64,000 nucleotides of DNA from positions 12,772,001 through 12,836,000 of the forward strand of contig CM022675.1 of assembly GCA_012295275.1 (NCBI GenBank). Direction: 5' to 3'. Positions 1 through 13,691 of the stretch are shown here, piece after piece. The notes beneath the pieces are model-generated. The model was not told where the DNA came from, did no database searches, and saw nothing but the letters and a program-made list of their open reading frames with translations. The DNA is from Chrysomallon squamiferum (taxonomy: Eukaryota; Animalia; Mollusca). Positions within the stretch are counted from its first letter, which is position 1. Each line of letters starts with the position of its first letter. A program made the translations under genes and the position numbers.

Positions 1-788
1 GTTAGGTGTGTTTGTTTGTGGGTGAGTGTGTCTGTGTGGCAAGTAAGTTTATTAATGTATCGTGGTCAGAATGCCGTAGGACTCCTGTGACTGGAACTTT
101 TGTCTGACTCCACTGACTTTCTTATGACATATATTTTACGTTTTTGTTTTAATAACCTGTGCTGTTAAACTTTTTGTTCAATTGTTGTTCTTGTTAACCT
201 ACCACCATCCACTCCAAAATTATACAACATAACATTTCAGATAGACAGATGGACAGACAGAGAAAGAAATTTGTTTAATGTGTCGTTTTTCTTTTTGTGT
301 TTTCTGTAAATAACTTAAAGAAATTTGCACAGAAAACCTGTAATGTAAGGCGTATTCTGTACTGGTATTCTGTACTGGTATTCTGAACTCACTAGGTAAA
401 TGAGTCGGGAACTGTACTCACAATATTATAATCATCACTAATTTTATTTATGTTGACCAATTGAAAAGTGAGCAGTGTGTTTATGCTACATATATCATTA
501 TTTCATAATAAATTGTATTACCATATGAAACAAAATTTCGTTTATGAAAATACCATTTATAGGCGTCTCAGCTACATTCAAGAACGGATGGGAGAGAGTT
601 AAGTATGTCTCAACGATTTTATTTTAGTCATTTAATTTATTTATTGTTATTATTTTGTTAAGTGGAGCGAATACTTTAATTTTGTCTTTGTAATCAAACT
701 GCTACGTGATCTGTCGATACTACACTCGTTATTTATTCACATTCCCTTTCTGTGCGATCGATAGGAATACTAAGCGAAAATAATTATG

Positions 789-789
<1 letters not shown>

Positions 790-821
<32 letters not shown>

Positions 822-831
822 AAAACACAAA

Positions 832-869
<38 letters not shown>

Positions 870-1275
870 AACAACACACACACAAACAACACACACACAC
901 AAACACAACACAGAGAGCGAGAAAGAGAGACATTACACATAGACATTACACATATATACACACATATGCATTCATACAAACAAATGTATACATACATATC
1001 TACACACACATACATACACACACATACACACACATACACACAAACACACATACATACAAACATACATACATACGTACACAAACACACATACACATACGTA
1101 TACATACACACATAGATATACACATACGTACGCACACACGTACATACAAACACACATACATACGTACACACATACATATACACATACGTTCACATACGTA
1201 TATACAAACACATATACATACGTACACACATAAATCACACATACGTAAACACATACGTACACACATACACAGACA
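790..1275. repeat. Compound (CA)n/(CATA)n low-complexity tract
   Basis: Visible directly; source of the HT/CV-rich spurious ORFs. Confidence 0.95.
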
Positions 1276-1705
1276 GACGGCTGTGAAAAGACGGAGACAT
1301 TGCTGTTTGACTGAGAAGATATTGATTGGGTTTGTTTCACTTGAAAGTTACACCAGCTCGCTAAACAACCGCAGCTGGCTTCACGTTCGTCTGAACCTCG
1401 AGTTTCGTGTTCTATTGACCGATTCACGACTTAGAACAGTTTACATGCAAGCTACGACCCGCAAAGACACCTGGCAGATAATTAAGATAATAAATATCTA
1501 TCTGATTCAAGTTTAAATTCATTTTTTCTTCAAAACTATTCACCATTAATAAGGATGAAAATAGTATATATGCAACTTCAGCGCGCACTCAGATACACAC
1601 AGATACGTATATATATGAGCACACTATAAAAAACCTCAACAGATATAAACATAAAAAAGAACCTCATATGTACATACAAATTCACATACTGACAAAAAAG
1701 GCACT

Positions 1706-1755
<50 letters not shown>

Positions 1756-2494
1756 CAGTAACAAAATAAAAAATAAAAAAATATATTAAAAAACCACATA
1801 TATACACATATCTAAAAACACAAACAATTTACAAATACACACACACACACACACACACAATGAAAAAAAAAGGATCTATAATAGAACTGCTGTGTCATTC
1901 ACTAAGTTTTTATCCCGCATTTCAACATCATGATTATGACTCGTGTAATGAAATTACCTTAATAATGACAGCAATATTATTAACAGTAACAACAACAACA
2001 AAAACAACAGTAATAATAATAATAATAGTAATAGTAATAATACTAATACTAATACTAATACTAATACTAATAATAATAACAATAATAATAATAATAATGA
2101 ATTATATATTTTTTTGAAAAAGTAAAAAACAACAACATCACTGTGTTATAATTTGACCTCTGACGTATCAGAGTGACCCGTGACAGGAAACATCAACGTA
2201 ACAGACAGACAGAACCATCATTTGTTATTTATAATGCAGTTGTCTTCCCTACATGAACAGGTGTGGGTTTTTTTTTTTATTATTCACGTTTCGGTGCAGA
2301 CATTTCAAACAATGGCTTCATTAATTATATTAGCATTTGCCAGTAATATGTTTAGCAGAGGTATGTCCTGCAGACTGACAGACAGACAGACAGACAGACA
2401 AGCAGAGAAACAATGTAAAACTGTAGTGAGTAAAGTAATGATTGAAAAGATTTTAGAATGACAGACACACAACTGAAAGAGTGAGGAGAAAAAG

Positions 2495-2498
<4 letters not shown>

Positions 2499-2555
<57 letters not shown>
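2499..2555. repeat. (AG)n microsatellite
   Basis: Visible directly. Confidence 0.95.
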
Positions 2556-2558
<3 letters not shown>

Positions 2559-2934
2559 ACATAATAAGTAAAAAAGAACAGAGATGAACAACCGAAGCAA
2601 ATTATTTATAATAGATTAGTTTTGTTTGTTGTAGCATAAAATATAAGACACTTTAACAAAAGGACAGTTACCGAAATGAAATTATCTTTCCGACAGAACT
2701 GATTTAATTCATTTGACAACTGCTTTCACCAACATAACAAAGATTTTATTTATTCTGAGTGAACAACACATGTTCATGATAACTGTGAAAACATATGATA
2801 TACATTAATCAATATGTGCACCTGTTACATAAGTATATTTTATACAAAGACATAAATAATTTATATATATATATATATATATATATAATGACCTGCATTA
2901 GTCTTTCTATAAAAGGAAATTTAATAATACTTAC

Positions 2935-3269
2935 AAAAGATTCTGCTCGCGCGGTTTCAAATAAGAAAAAGAACGGTGGTCGTCAGTTTAAATGCGGTGA
3001 AATGACAGATCACACAATCACGGCACATATATTTTCTCAGTGCAGTATTTTTGATCAGCAGGTTATCTTAAGACTCGTTTATCAGCGTTCGAGAAAACTG
3101 GCACAGAACAAAAAAGAAAAGTACACTCTGTTCGTGAAACGTCATCAGTCTGGGTCCGTTTGCTTTCAATCAATAAAAACCGCTTTGGAACCTGTAGGTA
3201 CCGGTTTCGCCTCTTAAAACCGGATCGAAGCAGAACGGCTCGTATAGTCAGAAAAAGAAGTTCGGGACT
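2935..3269 (-). other. Candidate non-coding first exon of a minus-strand gene leaving the window at left
   Basis: TATA-like CCTATAAC (T at 3301) lies 32 nt upstream of Inr TCAGT (A at 3269). CpG-rich body; donor |GTAAGTAT at 2934. Confidence 0.45.
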
Positions 3270-4736
3270 GATTCGCGCTGTTATGTACAGTACTAGTTAT
3301 AGGAAAATCGTCAGTGACAGACTGATTAGATAAACAAATTATGTCGCTCTGTATCATCTCCTCAAGTAGAAAATGGCCACTGGTTACAAAAATGTAGTGG
3401 TTGCTAGGCAACATTTTTAATGATTTTGTTGTTTATCACGAAAAAGAGAAAGCTGCTTTTCAATCTCAGGGAAGAATTTGATTATTTTACTTATTTTTAA
3501 TTATAAGCGTGCGTGTATGTTTTTATGTTTGAATGTATATATCATGTATATGTGTGTGTGAATGTATGTATATGAATATATGTACACACACACAGACATA
3601 CATACACAAGCAAAATCTGATTTTCAGCTTTGGTTAGTTTTATTTAAACTTTGCCTCACCAAAACGATTTTGTTTACAAAGTTTAGCTTGAATGTCATCA
3701 ATATGCAAGTTGTTGTCTCTGTACTGATAATAGACCAGTCACAGTATGTTTCAAGTTTTAAATTTACGATTGCTATTGTTTACGTTACGTATTCTCGAAT
3801 GTACTGTAATTCCTAACTTACAGAGACTGTGAACTAAAGTCTCTTTTTGTAACAGCTGTCAATCACGATATGATTTGTAATCGTATTGTTGTCGACTATA
3901 ACGATTTAAACGGCTGCAGTGGTTTTGTTTAATGAGATGTATCAAAAGTGAACACATTTACATACGTATTCATTTCTCAAGCGGAGAGGTCTGTAGTGCT
4001 GTTATGCAAATAAACGAAGCAAAACGAATTAATGATAGCGTCCGGCCAAATCCGGAATTCCTATTTCAGATCAGTTTAATTACGTTAGCAAAAAAACTTT
4101 CACTGTTCTCAATTTGTTCCTCGTTACTCTTAGACATTCACCTTTTTTTCACTGAATAAATCGTGCGTACGAATATACGTATATATGCATGGATGCACAT
4201 AGGCATTCCTGCATGCATGTTTGATTGCATGTACGTATGTACGTATTTAATTCTTATTTAATCAATTAAATACACTCGTAACTGAATCATTAGCATGGAC
4301 ACTGTGTGTAAAACTATATGGAATTCTCTTATATAAGTATGTTTAATATGATGGTTACATGAGCAGGTGAAGTACTCAGTATTGTGTACTACTCTGTGTG
4401 TCGTGTGTTTTCTTCCTACTGAACTGTACATGATACGTGCTGACGTCACTGAGACGTTGTTGATACCATGGTTACAGAGACAGAGGGAGACGCCAGAAAT
4501 TAACAGCCACTTGTCAGCCATTCCTTTAATAAAACGACTTATTTATAGATATATGTACATTTATACATATACACACGTACACACATACACACGTATATAC
4601 TCATACATGCACACACACATATACATATATACATACATGTTTATATATATATATATATTACATATATTCATGTATGCATGCATATATACATACATATATA
4701 TATATCCATACATACATAAATGCATACATGCATATA

Positions 4737-4767
<31 letters not shown>

Positions 4768-6463
4768 CATACATACGTACGTACGTACATGTATAGAAAT
4801 ACAGACAAACAATAAGACAGGCAGGCGTACAGACAAACAAGCACATATATTACTGTGAGAGAGTATTCTTTTCAATATTTCTTCGATGATAAATATATTT
4901 TAAAAAGTACATAAACCCTAATTTGAAATATTAATTAATTAATTAAATAATTAATGATAATAATAAAGAAAGAAAGAAATGGAACTAAAGTAGCAAGACT
5001 TTGTTTGTATTCTTGTTAATTTTGGTCTAAAATATCGAGCTGAAGCTATTGAACCATACACAGGCCAGTGATCGTTAACATTTTACCTACAGTGAACTTT
5101 GTTATTTCAGCTAAGCTGGCCAACACAGTGTACTTGTGTGTAAATTAAACACGTAAAATAATACGTGGGTGAAAACTTAATTTTAGCACGTTTATTTGTT
5201 CGTCACTGGTATACGATCAGATTTCAAACTTAAAAGGTTGCAAGTCGCTAAAAGAATTGTCGATGTTGATAATGTTAGTTTTTACAATAACAGGATATTT
5301 GATCAAATGAATAGACAAATGAATGCAATAAATAAATAAATAAATAAAAATAATAAATAAATAAATAAATAACAGATAAATAATTAATAAATATTCAAAA
5401 GATTTTATATACGATCAAGGAGCGGAATATAAGACATGGAAAATACGAAAAATAAAAATGATGAAAATAGTTTTAAAATTCTGAATTAAAATTTAATATT
5501 TTACAAGAAGAATGAAGTGTTTACCTTTGTCAGTGAGTGTAAGAAAAACATCGCTATACATATGCAGACTATAATTTTCTTTTATCAAAAAATGTTCTAA
5601 TTTTGTCCTCTATAAATTATATTATTTGAACGAAGAGACTCGTTTTGTTACAGTTGCCTAATTTATTGAAAGAAGCTACTCATGTTTACAAAGGAAACTA
5701 AGGCATATAAAAGCTTCACTGTAATACTGAATAACTTATTTAAATAATAAACCCATTTTTCACAAAGTTTGTGAATTATTCATAAGGTTTGCACAAATCG
5801 TGTTAGTAACGTCAGAACGTAAATATCTTTGCCTGTGGTTTGAATCATACTGTAACGTCGGCTTAAGTCTATCAAAGAGTCGATTGTTTTGAACTGTTCG
5901 AGTAAAACAGGATTCGGGTTAAATCATATTTCTCCACAAACGATCGAATGTAGAGGTGTGCGGGGACATTTCCTAATAAACAGATCTATAATGATATTGA
6001 TGATGATGACGATGATGATTACCGTGATGATAATGATAATTACGACGATGATAATAATGAGGAAGATGATTTTACAACAATTCCAGTTACACTGTTACCT
6101 TGCACACGCACTGTAGATATTAAACATAACCCGAGGTCACACTGAAATAAGACGTTTCGCTCAGTCTGAACTTACATTTGCTCAGGTCAGGGGTTACCGA
6201 GCGAGCCAAACGAGGTTAACGTCTTGGGTCTATTGTTGATCGAGCGACGTGACGCTGCGAGCACAAATAAATGTAGATTAACACTGCAGATTATCGTTTA
6301 CCTCCGGAGATGTAATCTCAAGTTAAAGAAAGAAAGAACTGACGAACCCGGCACCTTTTTCTGTCTGTAGTTTTTTCAAATAAGACACGGTAAAATTACA
6401 AAGATATTAAGTGGAAAACTAACTGCTGCCACGCATGAGTTACACTGTTTCGTTAGCAGTTAG

Positions 6464-6497
<34 letters not shown>

Positions 6498-7431
6498 TAT
6501 TATGTTATATATATATATATTCCGGATTTGGCTGGACGCTATCATTAATTTGTTTTGCTGCGTTTATTTGCATAATAGCACTACAAACCTCTCAGCTTGA
6601 GAAATGACTACAGATGTATATACATATGCATATATTCGGTTATATATCTATATATCTAATGCTGTGACAAAAATACTACCTTCCGACCCTTTGACCTCAC
6701 AGAGTGAAAAATCAGATAAAAAAAAAATAATTAAAAAAAGCACCAACTTCCTTTTATTTATTTCACTTCACTTCATTTCACTTCACTTTATTTTTATTTT
6801 TTTTTTTTTTTTTTATTTTTTTTTTTTTTTTTTCATTATATTTTATTTTAATTTGTTTTATTATTTTTTTTTTTTTTTTTCTTCGTATGTATAAGCAACG
6901 ATTATACATTTCTACAAACAAATATATGTTATGCTGTTTTGAAATAATGTTGTGACTTGTACTGGTCTTTGATTTTTTGGTCAACCGTCGAAAGACACGA
7001 TTATAAGTTTTAAACCTTCATAGAAATAAAACAGCAGTTTTTCTTTTTTTTCTGTCTCGCTAGACTGACACAGATGTATACTTAGATAGATAGATATGTA
7101 AATACCTCCTTAGAATATTAGTGTCATAGCCGTAGGCAGTGAAATAAACACAGTCCAGTCACACATACAGATGCACAAATACACACTTCAAGGATATCCA
7201 CACAAAAGCACGCGCGCGCACCCCCACACTAACACACACACAGAAAAGAAAAGAAAAAAACACACGGAGACAGGAGAAAACATTGTAAATCATATTTTCG
7301 TTAATTAAAAATTCCGAAGCATTCCAATAAAATTTTTATCAAAACTGTGTTAAATTTTTATTTTGTTTTCCCATTCATTTTCTGTAACATCAAAGTTCCA
7401 AGAAATATTCCACGAAAAACGTTGAATTTAA

Positions 7432-7502
<71 letters not shown>

Positions 7503-7579
7503 TTGAAGAAGAAGAAGAAAAAAACAGTATATAAACTAAACAAAGTTTGATAACAATTATTATTATAATTATAACGTAC

Positions 7580-7940
7580 CGTCTTCGACTGCCATATCGT
7601 CTGCTTCGAAGGTAGTTGGTATTAGCGTAAATTCCGCCTTACTCCTCGGCGCACATGTCTGAACACCGAATGAACGTGAAGCCGCTGTTAACTGGACATA
7701 ATAATACGATCGAGGCAAAAAGGGCGAGTTTATTATAATAATGACCGGATATTCCATCTTCGACCGGCCTCGTAACAGGTCGTGCAACGGTCATAACCTT
7801 CACAACTGGTCATAAGTAATCAACTAGTCTCTGTAAACCAACAGTTGTTTAATAAACACAGCACGTGCAACCAGTCGTTTTGTTTTAATTTCAAACGTAC
7901 ATATGCTAAAGAAGGAATGCAAAACAGCTAACAATAAACT
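7580..7940 (-). other. Candidate upstream alternative first exon (ORF MEYPVIII...MAVED into donor)
   Basis: Inr TCAGTT at 7940 directly after a (GA)n tract. CpG-rich; in-frame ATGs at 7757 and 7595 run open to donor ACG|GTACGT. Confidence 0.4.
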
Positions 7941-7952
7941 GATCGCGAATGT

Positions 7953-7955
<3 letters not shown>

Positions 7956-8039
<84 letters not shown>
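7956..8039. repeat. (CT)n microsatellite
   Basis: Visible directly. Confidence 0.95.
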
Positions 8040-8041
<2 letters not shown>

Positions 8042-9927
8042 GTTTGCTTGACGCTTGTCCACGTACATACATACATATGTATATGCATGAATACGTGTGT
8101 GTGAGTGCGCATGCGTGCAAACGATATAACATAACATACAAACATACATACAAATATTACACACATATAAACAAACACAAAACACATTCAAACAAGCATA
8201 CACACATAGACACATGCATACACACAAACATACATACATGTAAAAAAAACAATTGCAGTGGCATTATATCAATGATGATGTCAATAATTATTGTACTAAA
8301 TTTGCAATTTAAAAGACAAAAGTCGAAATATGAACAAACGTATATGTATTATGGAGATTGCCGATATCGTTTAAGTGAATTATTAAGGTTAATACGTGGT
8401 GGGTATTAACAAAGACGTAGTGTTTACGGTGAATGAATAACATACATACACACACACTTGATCAGTTTTTTCTAGCACGAAAATTACGATAATCTCAATA
8501 ATCTCTAGTAATAAATTACCTACATCCGCGTCCATATTTATTCACGTTTAATTTAATTCATTAATATTTTCATGCGATTAATATACATAGCTGTACACAC
8601 CCAAACATATATGCACATACACGCGCATATATTTCACACACACACACACACGAAGAAAAAGAAAAACACTAAACTATGTAGATATCGTCTGTTTCATATA
8701 CAAACTGCATCATAACATTAATTATTTTATGTCATTCTATTTCTAATTATTATTATTTTTTAATTTATTCCAAGCCATTTTTTATTTATTTACAACATAC
8801 TTACTGAATGTTTTAAAAGTATGGCAGTCGCGGAATTCCATTTCTCTTGTCGATATTTATATTTAAAATTGTCTGCCTAAACTAACATTTCAAAATAGAG
8901 GTAAAAGATATGACACACATATACAAACAATACAAGTACGTATGAATACGTGAAAGGTATGTACGTTACAGTTTTTGTCTTTGACCTCTCTTACTCTCAG
9001 TCTCTTTTTGTCTCTGTTTCTTTTAGTTTTTCGTTATTCTTTCTCATTTCAGGCCTCTCTAAATAACTGTCTTTCTTTCTGTCTGTCAGTATGTCTCTCT
9101 TTCTCTCTCTTTCCTTCTCTCTCTCTCTCTCTACGTTTATTTTTCTCTTTTGTATTTCTTCTTTCTGCATCTTTGTTCTCTTTCTCTTTCTTTCTATCCC
9201 ACCTCCTTCCTCTGTGTCCGATTATATTTCTGTCTGTCTATTTGTCTGTTTATATATCTGCTTCTGTACGCTAACAGACAGATAAACTCAAACTACGACA
9301 GCAACAAGAAAACAGATGACACCGACACGAATCTAACATTTTGACTTAACACAGGGTTGTCTCTGATGGGTGTGTAAAGAAAGGTATACACCAGTATGAC
9401 AGAGCAGGCCAGCACGAGTGTTGTTTTGTTGTTGTTGTTTGTTTTAGGGACATTATAGCACGTTAGTTTTTTGTCAGTGAATGTCACGTATCACTGAACT
9501 AAAATTTCATGATAAATTAAAAGTCTTCTTGTTTAATTACACAAACAGAACATATCGTTTAATTTCCTGTTAATCATGCTGCATAATGAAAAATAAAATG
9601 TCATTCTACTGTTTTGTGTGTTGTTGTTGCTTATATTTAGCTTGCGCTTATTGTTTTTCTTTGTTTGTTGTTGTTCTGCATGGGTTTTGTGCTGTTTAGG
9701 TTAAGAAGTAGAACATTTTCTTATGTTTCATTCTGTCTTATGTATACTGTAAAATAATAAATAAATAAATTAAAAGAAAAAGAAATGAATGAAGGAAAGA
9801 AATAATTATATCGGAGTATACAGCAACGCTCTGCATAATTTTGCGATTCTGAAATAAACCTTCAGGAGGTAATGGACACGGGTAGATAAAAACTAAATAA
9901 TATGACAAAAAAAAAAAAAAAAAAATA

Positions 9928-9963
<36 letters not shown>

Positions 9964-11994
9964 ATATATTTAAATCTCGACAGTTCATCAGGTACAAGAT
10001 AGGTGTGGCCAGGTACGATAAATAAAACAGAAACTTCGCCGTGACAACATAGTCTGTCATACCTGTAATACACATTCTGATATGAAATAAACAAAACAGT
10101 AAGTTCATACATATATCTACAGGAACACCCAGAAGAACATACGTACGTACCTATCTACCTAACTAATACATATATAGATACTTGCTGATGTACATAATAC
10201 ATACGTACGTAGCTACCTACCTACATACGTACATGCATACTGCAAACACACACACACAAAATAATTCTGTACTGAATATATATAATATAAATTTATACGT
10301 TAAACTTTTATTGTAATAGTGTTTTAGGACGAAATAAAGAAAACAATTATTTTTTTAATTATATACATTAAATTGTATTTATTAAAATGTATCATACATC
10401 GCTAATTTAGAAATGAACGTATCACTTTAACATCACTGACGTTAAGTATACATACACACACAAACACACTTGCTTAGTCTGCTTGCTTATTTATTTATTT
10501 GTATAATAGTTTGCTAACTTGCTTATTTATTCATTTCTTTGTTAGAAATGGCTGACTAATCATTCATTTATTCCTGTGTGGTTAAGTAGCAATATTGTAA
10601 ACATGCACTAAAAAGACAGTGACCTTGACCTACATGGAGGATCTAAACGTCAGTTCACGTACAGCCTGGTTTCAGCCATTTTCAGATAAATTTCCTAGTT
10701 TCATGACTTGGGCTGTAGTTCGAGTTTTGAATCTCAAGTACTGAATACGCCAGTGGTGGGCAAACCATGGTGGGGGAGACAAGGCCGCTGTTTGAAAATT
10801 AATATGAATCACAGTTTTGTGATGGTGTTTCTGATTATAATATCTGTAACTGTGTTGTTGGGTTGTTTGTTGTTTTTCTTTGTTTTCCTTCAAGTTTGGA
10901 TCAGATCTTTACTAATGCAAATAAATATTAAAATACCTCGTAGTTTGTTTTGTTGATTTTTTCCTCATCATTTATTTATTTATTATTATTATCATTATAT
11001 TATTTATTAATTTTAAATTTATTTGTTATTGTTAGTTATTATTATTATCATTATTGGTTTTTCTGCTGTGTCATTATTGAAATACAAATTTACATGATTT
11101 TCTTAGATAAATCTGTATATTAATTTTAAATTATACAATAAAAATCAAGCTAACATTTCACTGGAGACGTTCATTCTCAAACATCCACATTTATGCTATG
11201 TTCTTACATTAAGCAGGTTTGGTCACACGTGTAAAGCACATAAACTCGCTGTAGCGATTATGAAATGACAAGGGGAATAACTTCCAACATGACTGAAAGA
11301 TTTAAATTAGTAACTATCACCAATTGAGTCTTATACTACAACTGTTATTTATTTACTTATTTATTTATCGTCTTCATCAACATTATTATTAGTATAAAGG
11401 TTGATTACTGAATTGGGAGAACCCTCCTTAGTTTGTGCAGTTTTGTTAATGTTGTTGTTGTAGTTTTCAGTTCCAACTGAAAATAAATAAGGAAATCTAC
11501 AATGAACAAATACAAAATATTTGAATAACAATCTTGTGCATTTGTGGTTGAAATTTAATATAATTAATAATTGCTCTGCCACATTTAAATGAACTTCTAA
11601 AACCGAACACTCAAATAATAAGCTCAGTACAATAGAAGATTTGATCCAAAGACCTGCAGCCTTTGAGACTGGTTACATAGGTAACAAATGACAGAAGACG
11701 TGTTGAAAATGATACCTCTTTATTTACTGTGCAACATGTTTTTTAAAGAATTTTTTTTTTTTCTTTTTAATTTTTTTTAACATTTTTTTTTTTAGACAAA
11801 TGACAAGAACATAATCATTGCTTGGTAAATGTTCTAAATGCGTCGTGAGAAAAGCGCCAACAAGAAATGCACAAACAAAAAGTACAATTTTTAAACTCAT
11901 ACAGAATTCCTCCTTCACGAAGTCACAGACATAGAAAAAAAAAAATTAAAAAAAAGGAAACAAATAAAAAATAAAAAATAAGTTTAGAAAAAGA

Positions 11995-13655
11995 GAAAAG
12001 AAATCTACTGTTTATTTACAACAGTGAAATAATGTACAAGTTTTAACAAAGCCATTTTTGTACAAAACATCTGTAACGTATACTATTTATTTATTTATTT
12101 ATGATAGTAATGTGTATTTTAAAATGAACTATCAATTTTTTATTATTATTATTATTATTTTTTTTTTCATCACTGTTGAATGCATCATTCACTGTTTTGT
12201 GGAATTTCATCTATTTGCAAAAAATCAAATAATTTCTCTGCTCTCAGGTGTAACTGTACTGTATGCAACTTTCTGACAAATTTAAAATTCAACAAGCTCA
12301 ATTAGTCAGTTCACCTGAATTACTGAACAAAGCTTGTTTCAGAAAGAACTGTCTTTTCAAAGGATTTATAAAACTGTTTTTTTTTCTTATTTTTCACTCT
12401 AGTCAAGTAACTGGGGAGGGGTTATTATTGATTTCATCTGTTCAGTGACTTTTTTATTTATTTTCTTAAAAAGCTGCTGTAATAAAGAAAAGGAAAAAAG
12501 AAAAATATAATAAATTTGTAAATTATTACTGAATTATTACATTAGAAAGAAAAAGAAAACAATTATAAATTAATAGATAATAAAATAATAATATTTAAGA
12601 AAGAAAAATAACAGCAAATAAACAATTCATTCTTACTGCTTAATTTAACAAGCTTTTGCAAAATAAATTTGAAAATATTTCTGATCAGGTTTTTGAAAGA
12701 TATTGCCAACATTACAAATATGAACCAAAATATTAGACACTCATTTCAATCACATATAAACAAACAAAAAAATGAGCTATAGTTAAGCAGAAGTAACTAT
12801 GTTTCTACAGGAATGTTATGTTGTTATTAAAATTAAAATAAACAAATAATAAACCTATGTTATCTGATACTCAAAAACATTTTATTATCTTACTGATTGT
12901 CATAATGTAAAATGTTTTTGGGAGGAACATTTACATGCATGGTGGGGGGGGGTGTGGAAAGAAATAAAATTTCAATATTGAAAAATAATGGATTAGTTAT
13001 TATTATTTCCATGGATGAAGAATATTATAAGAATTTTTAAAAATTATTTAATGTATATTATGTAACATTTCTTGGAATTTCAAAAAAAAAAAAAACATTT
13101 GTATGTTGAAACAAAATATGAAACTCTCAAGCTTCCATTTACTTCTTTTTTCCCCAGGGTAGTTCATAAAGGGTGTTGAAAAATTACAAGACACTATTAG
13201 TTCTATGACATTTAACTTATGGGTTGTTTTTGTGTTTTATTTGTCTTTATTTATTTATCTTAACTTAAAAATTATAAAATTGAATTCGTAACAATGTTTT
13301 TCCTCCATAATACTACCGATAAAAAAATGTCTTACGTAGTTTAATTATATGGTTTATTCTAAATTTTATTACATTTAAATGATTTGCTGTTATCAGCTAA
13401 GTAGTGAGTTGATGTTCAGACCCCCACCACCTGCAGTCACTCCCCCAGGTCTAACACTGAATATTAATGTACAAGGGAAAAGTGAAATGTCTAATTTACA
13501 AAACATGTAAACGATGAGAAACTAAGACGTATGTACAGTTGAACTTTATACAGCTGGCTGTTTGCTCATCCAAATGTTAGCAATTTTATTGCAAACTAGT
13601 ATTTACTTATTGCTTCTATCCTTGGCAAGAAGAAGAAAAAAGAAGTAATAATCAA

Positions 13656-13691
<36 letters not shown>

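Noticed and set aside
352-388. Three copies of the 13-mer gtattctgtactg
   Set aside because: Ordinary short slippage repeat with no contextual significance.
729-2562. Many 60-254 aa ORFs (HTHT, CVCV, LLLL, IIII, SLSL)
   Set aside because: Translations of (CA)n, (AAT)n and (AG)n microsatellites, with no domain and no splice support.
4258-9487. ORFs over CATA/CT tracts, such as the RERERE and SLSLSL ORFs
   Set aside because: Low-complexity artefacts.
10040-10100. 14-nt minus-strand microexon (cag|aatgtgtattacag|gtatga)
   Set aside because: Splice-like motifs only, with no frame or homology support.
1-11900. MAPT/MAP2-like or RPE neighbour expected from vertebrate synteny
   Set aside because: No tubulin-binding PGGG repeats or epimerase exons are visible in this interval.
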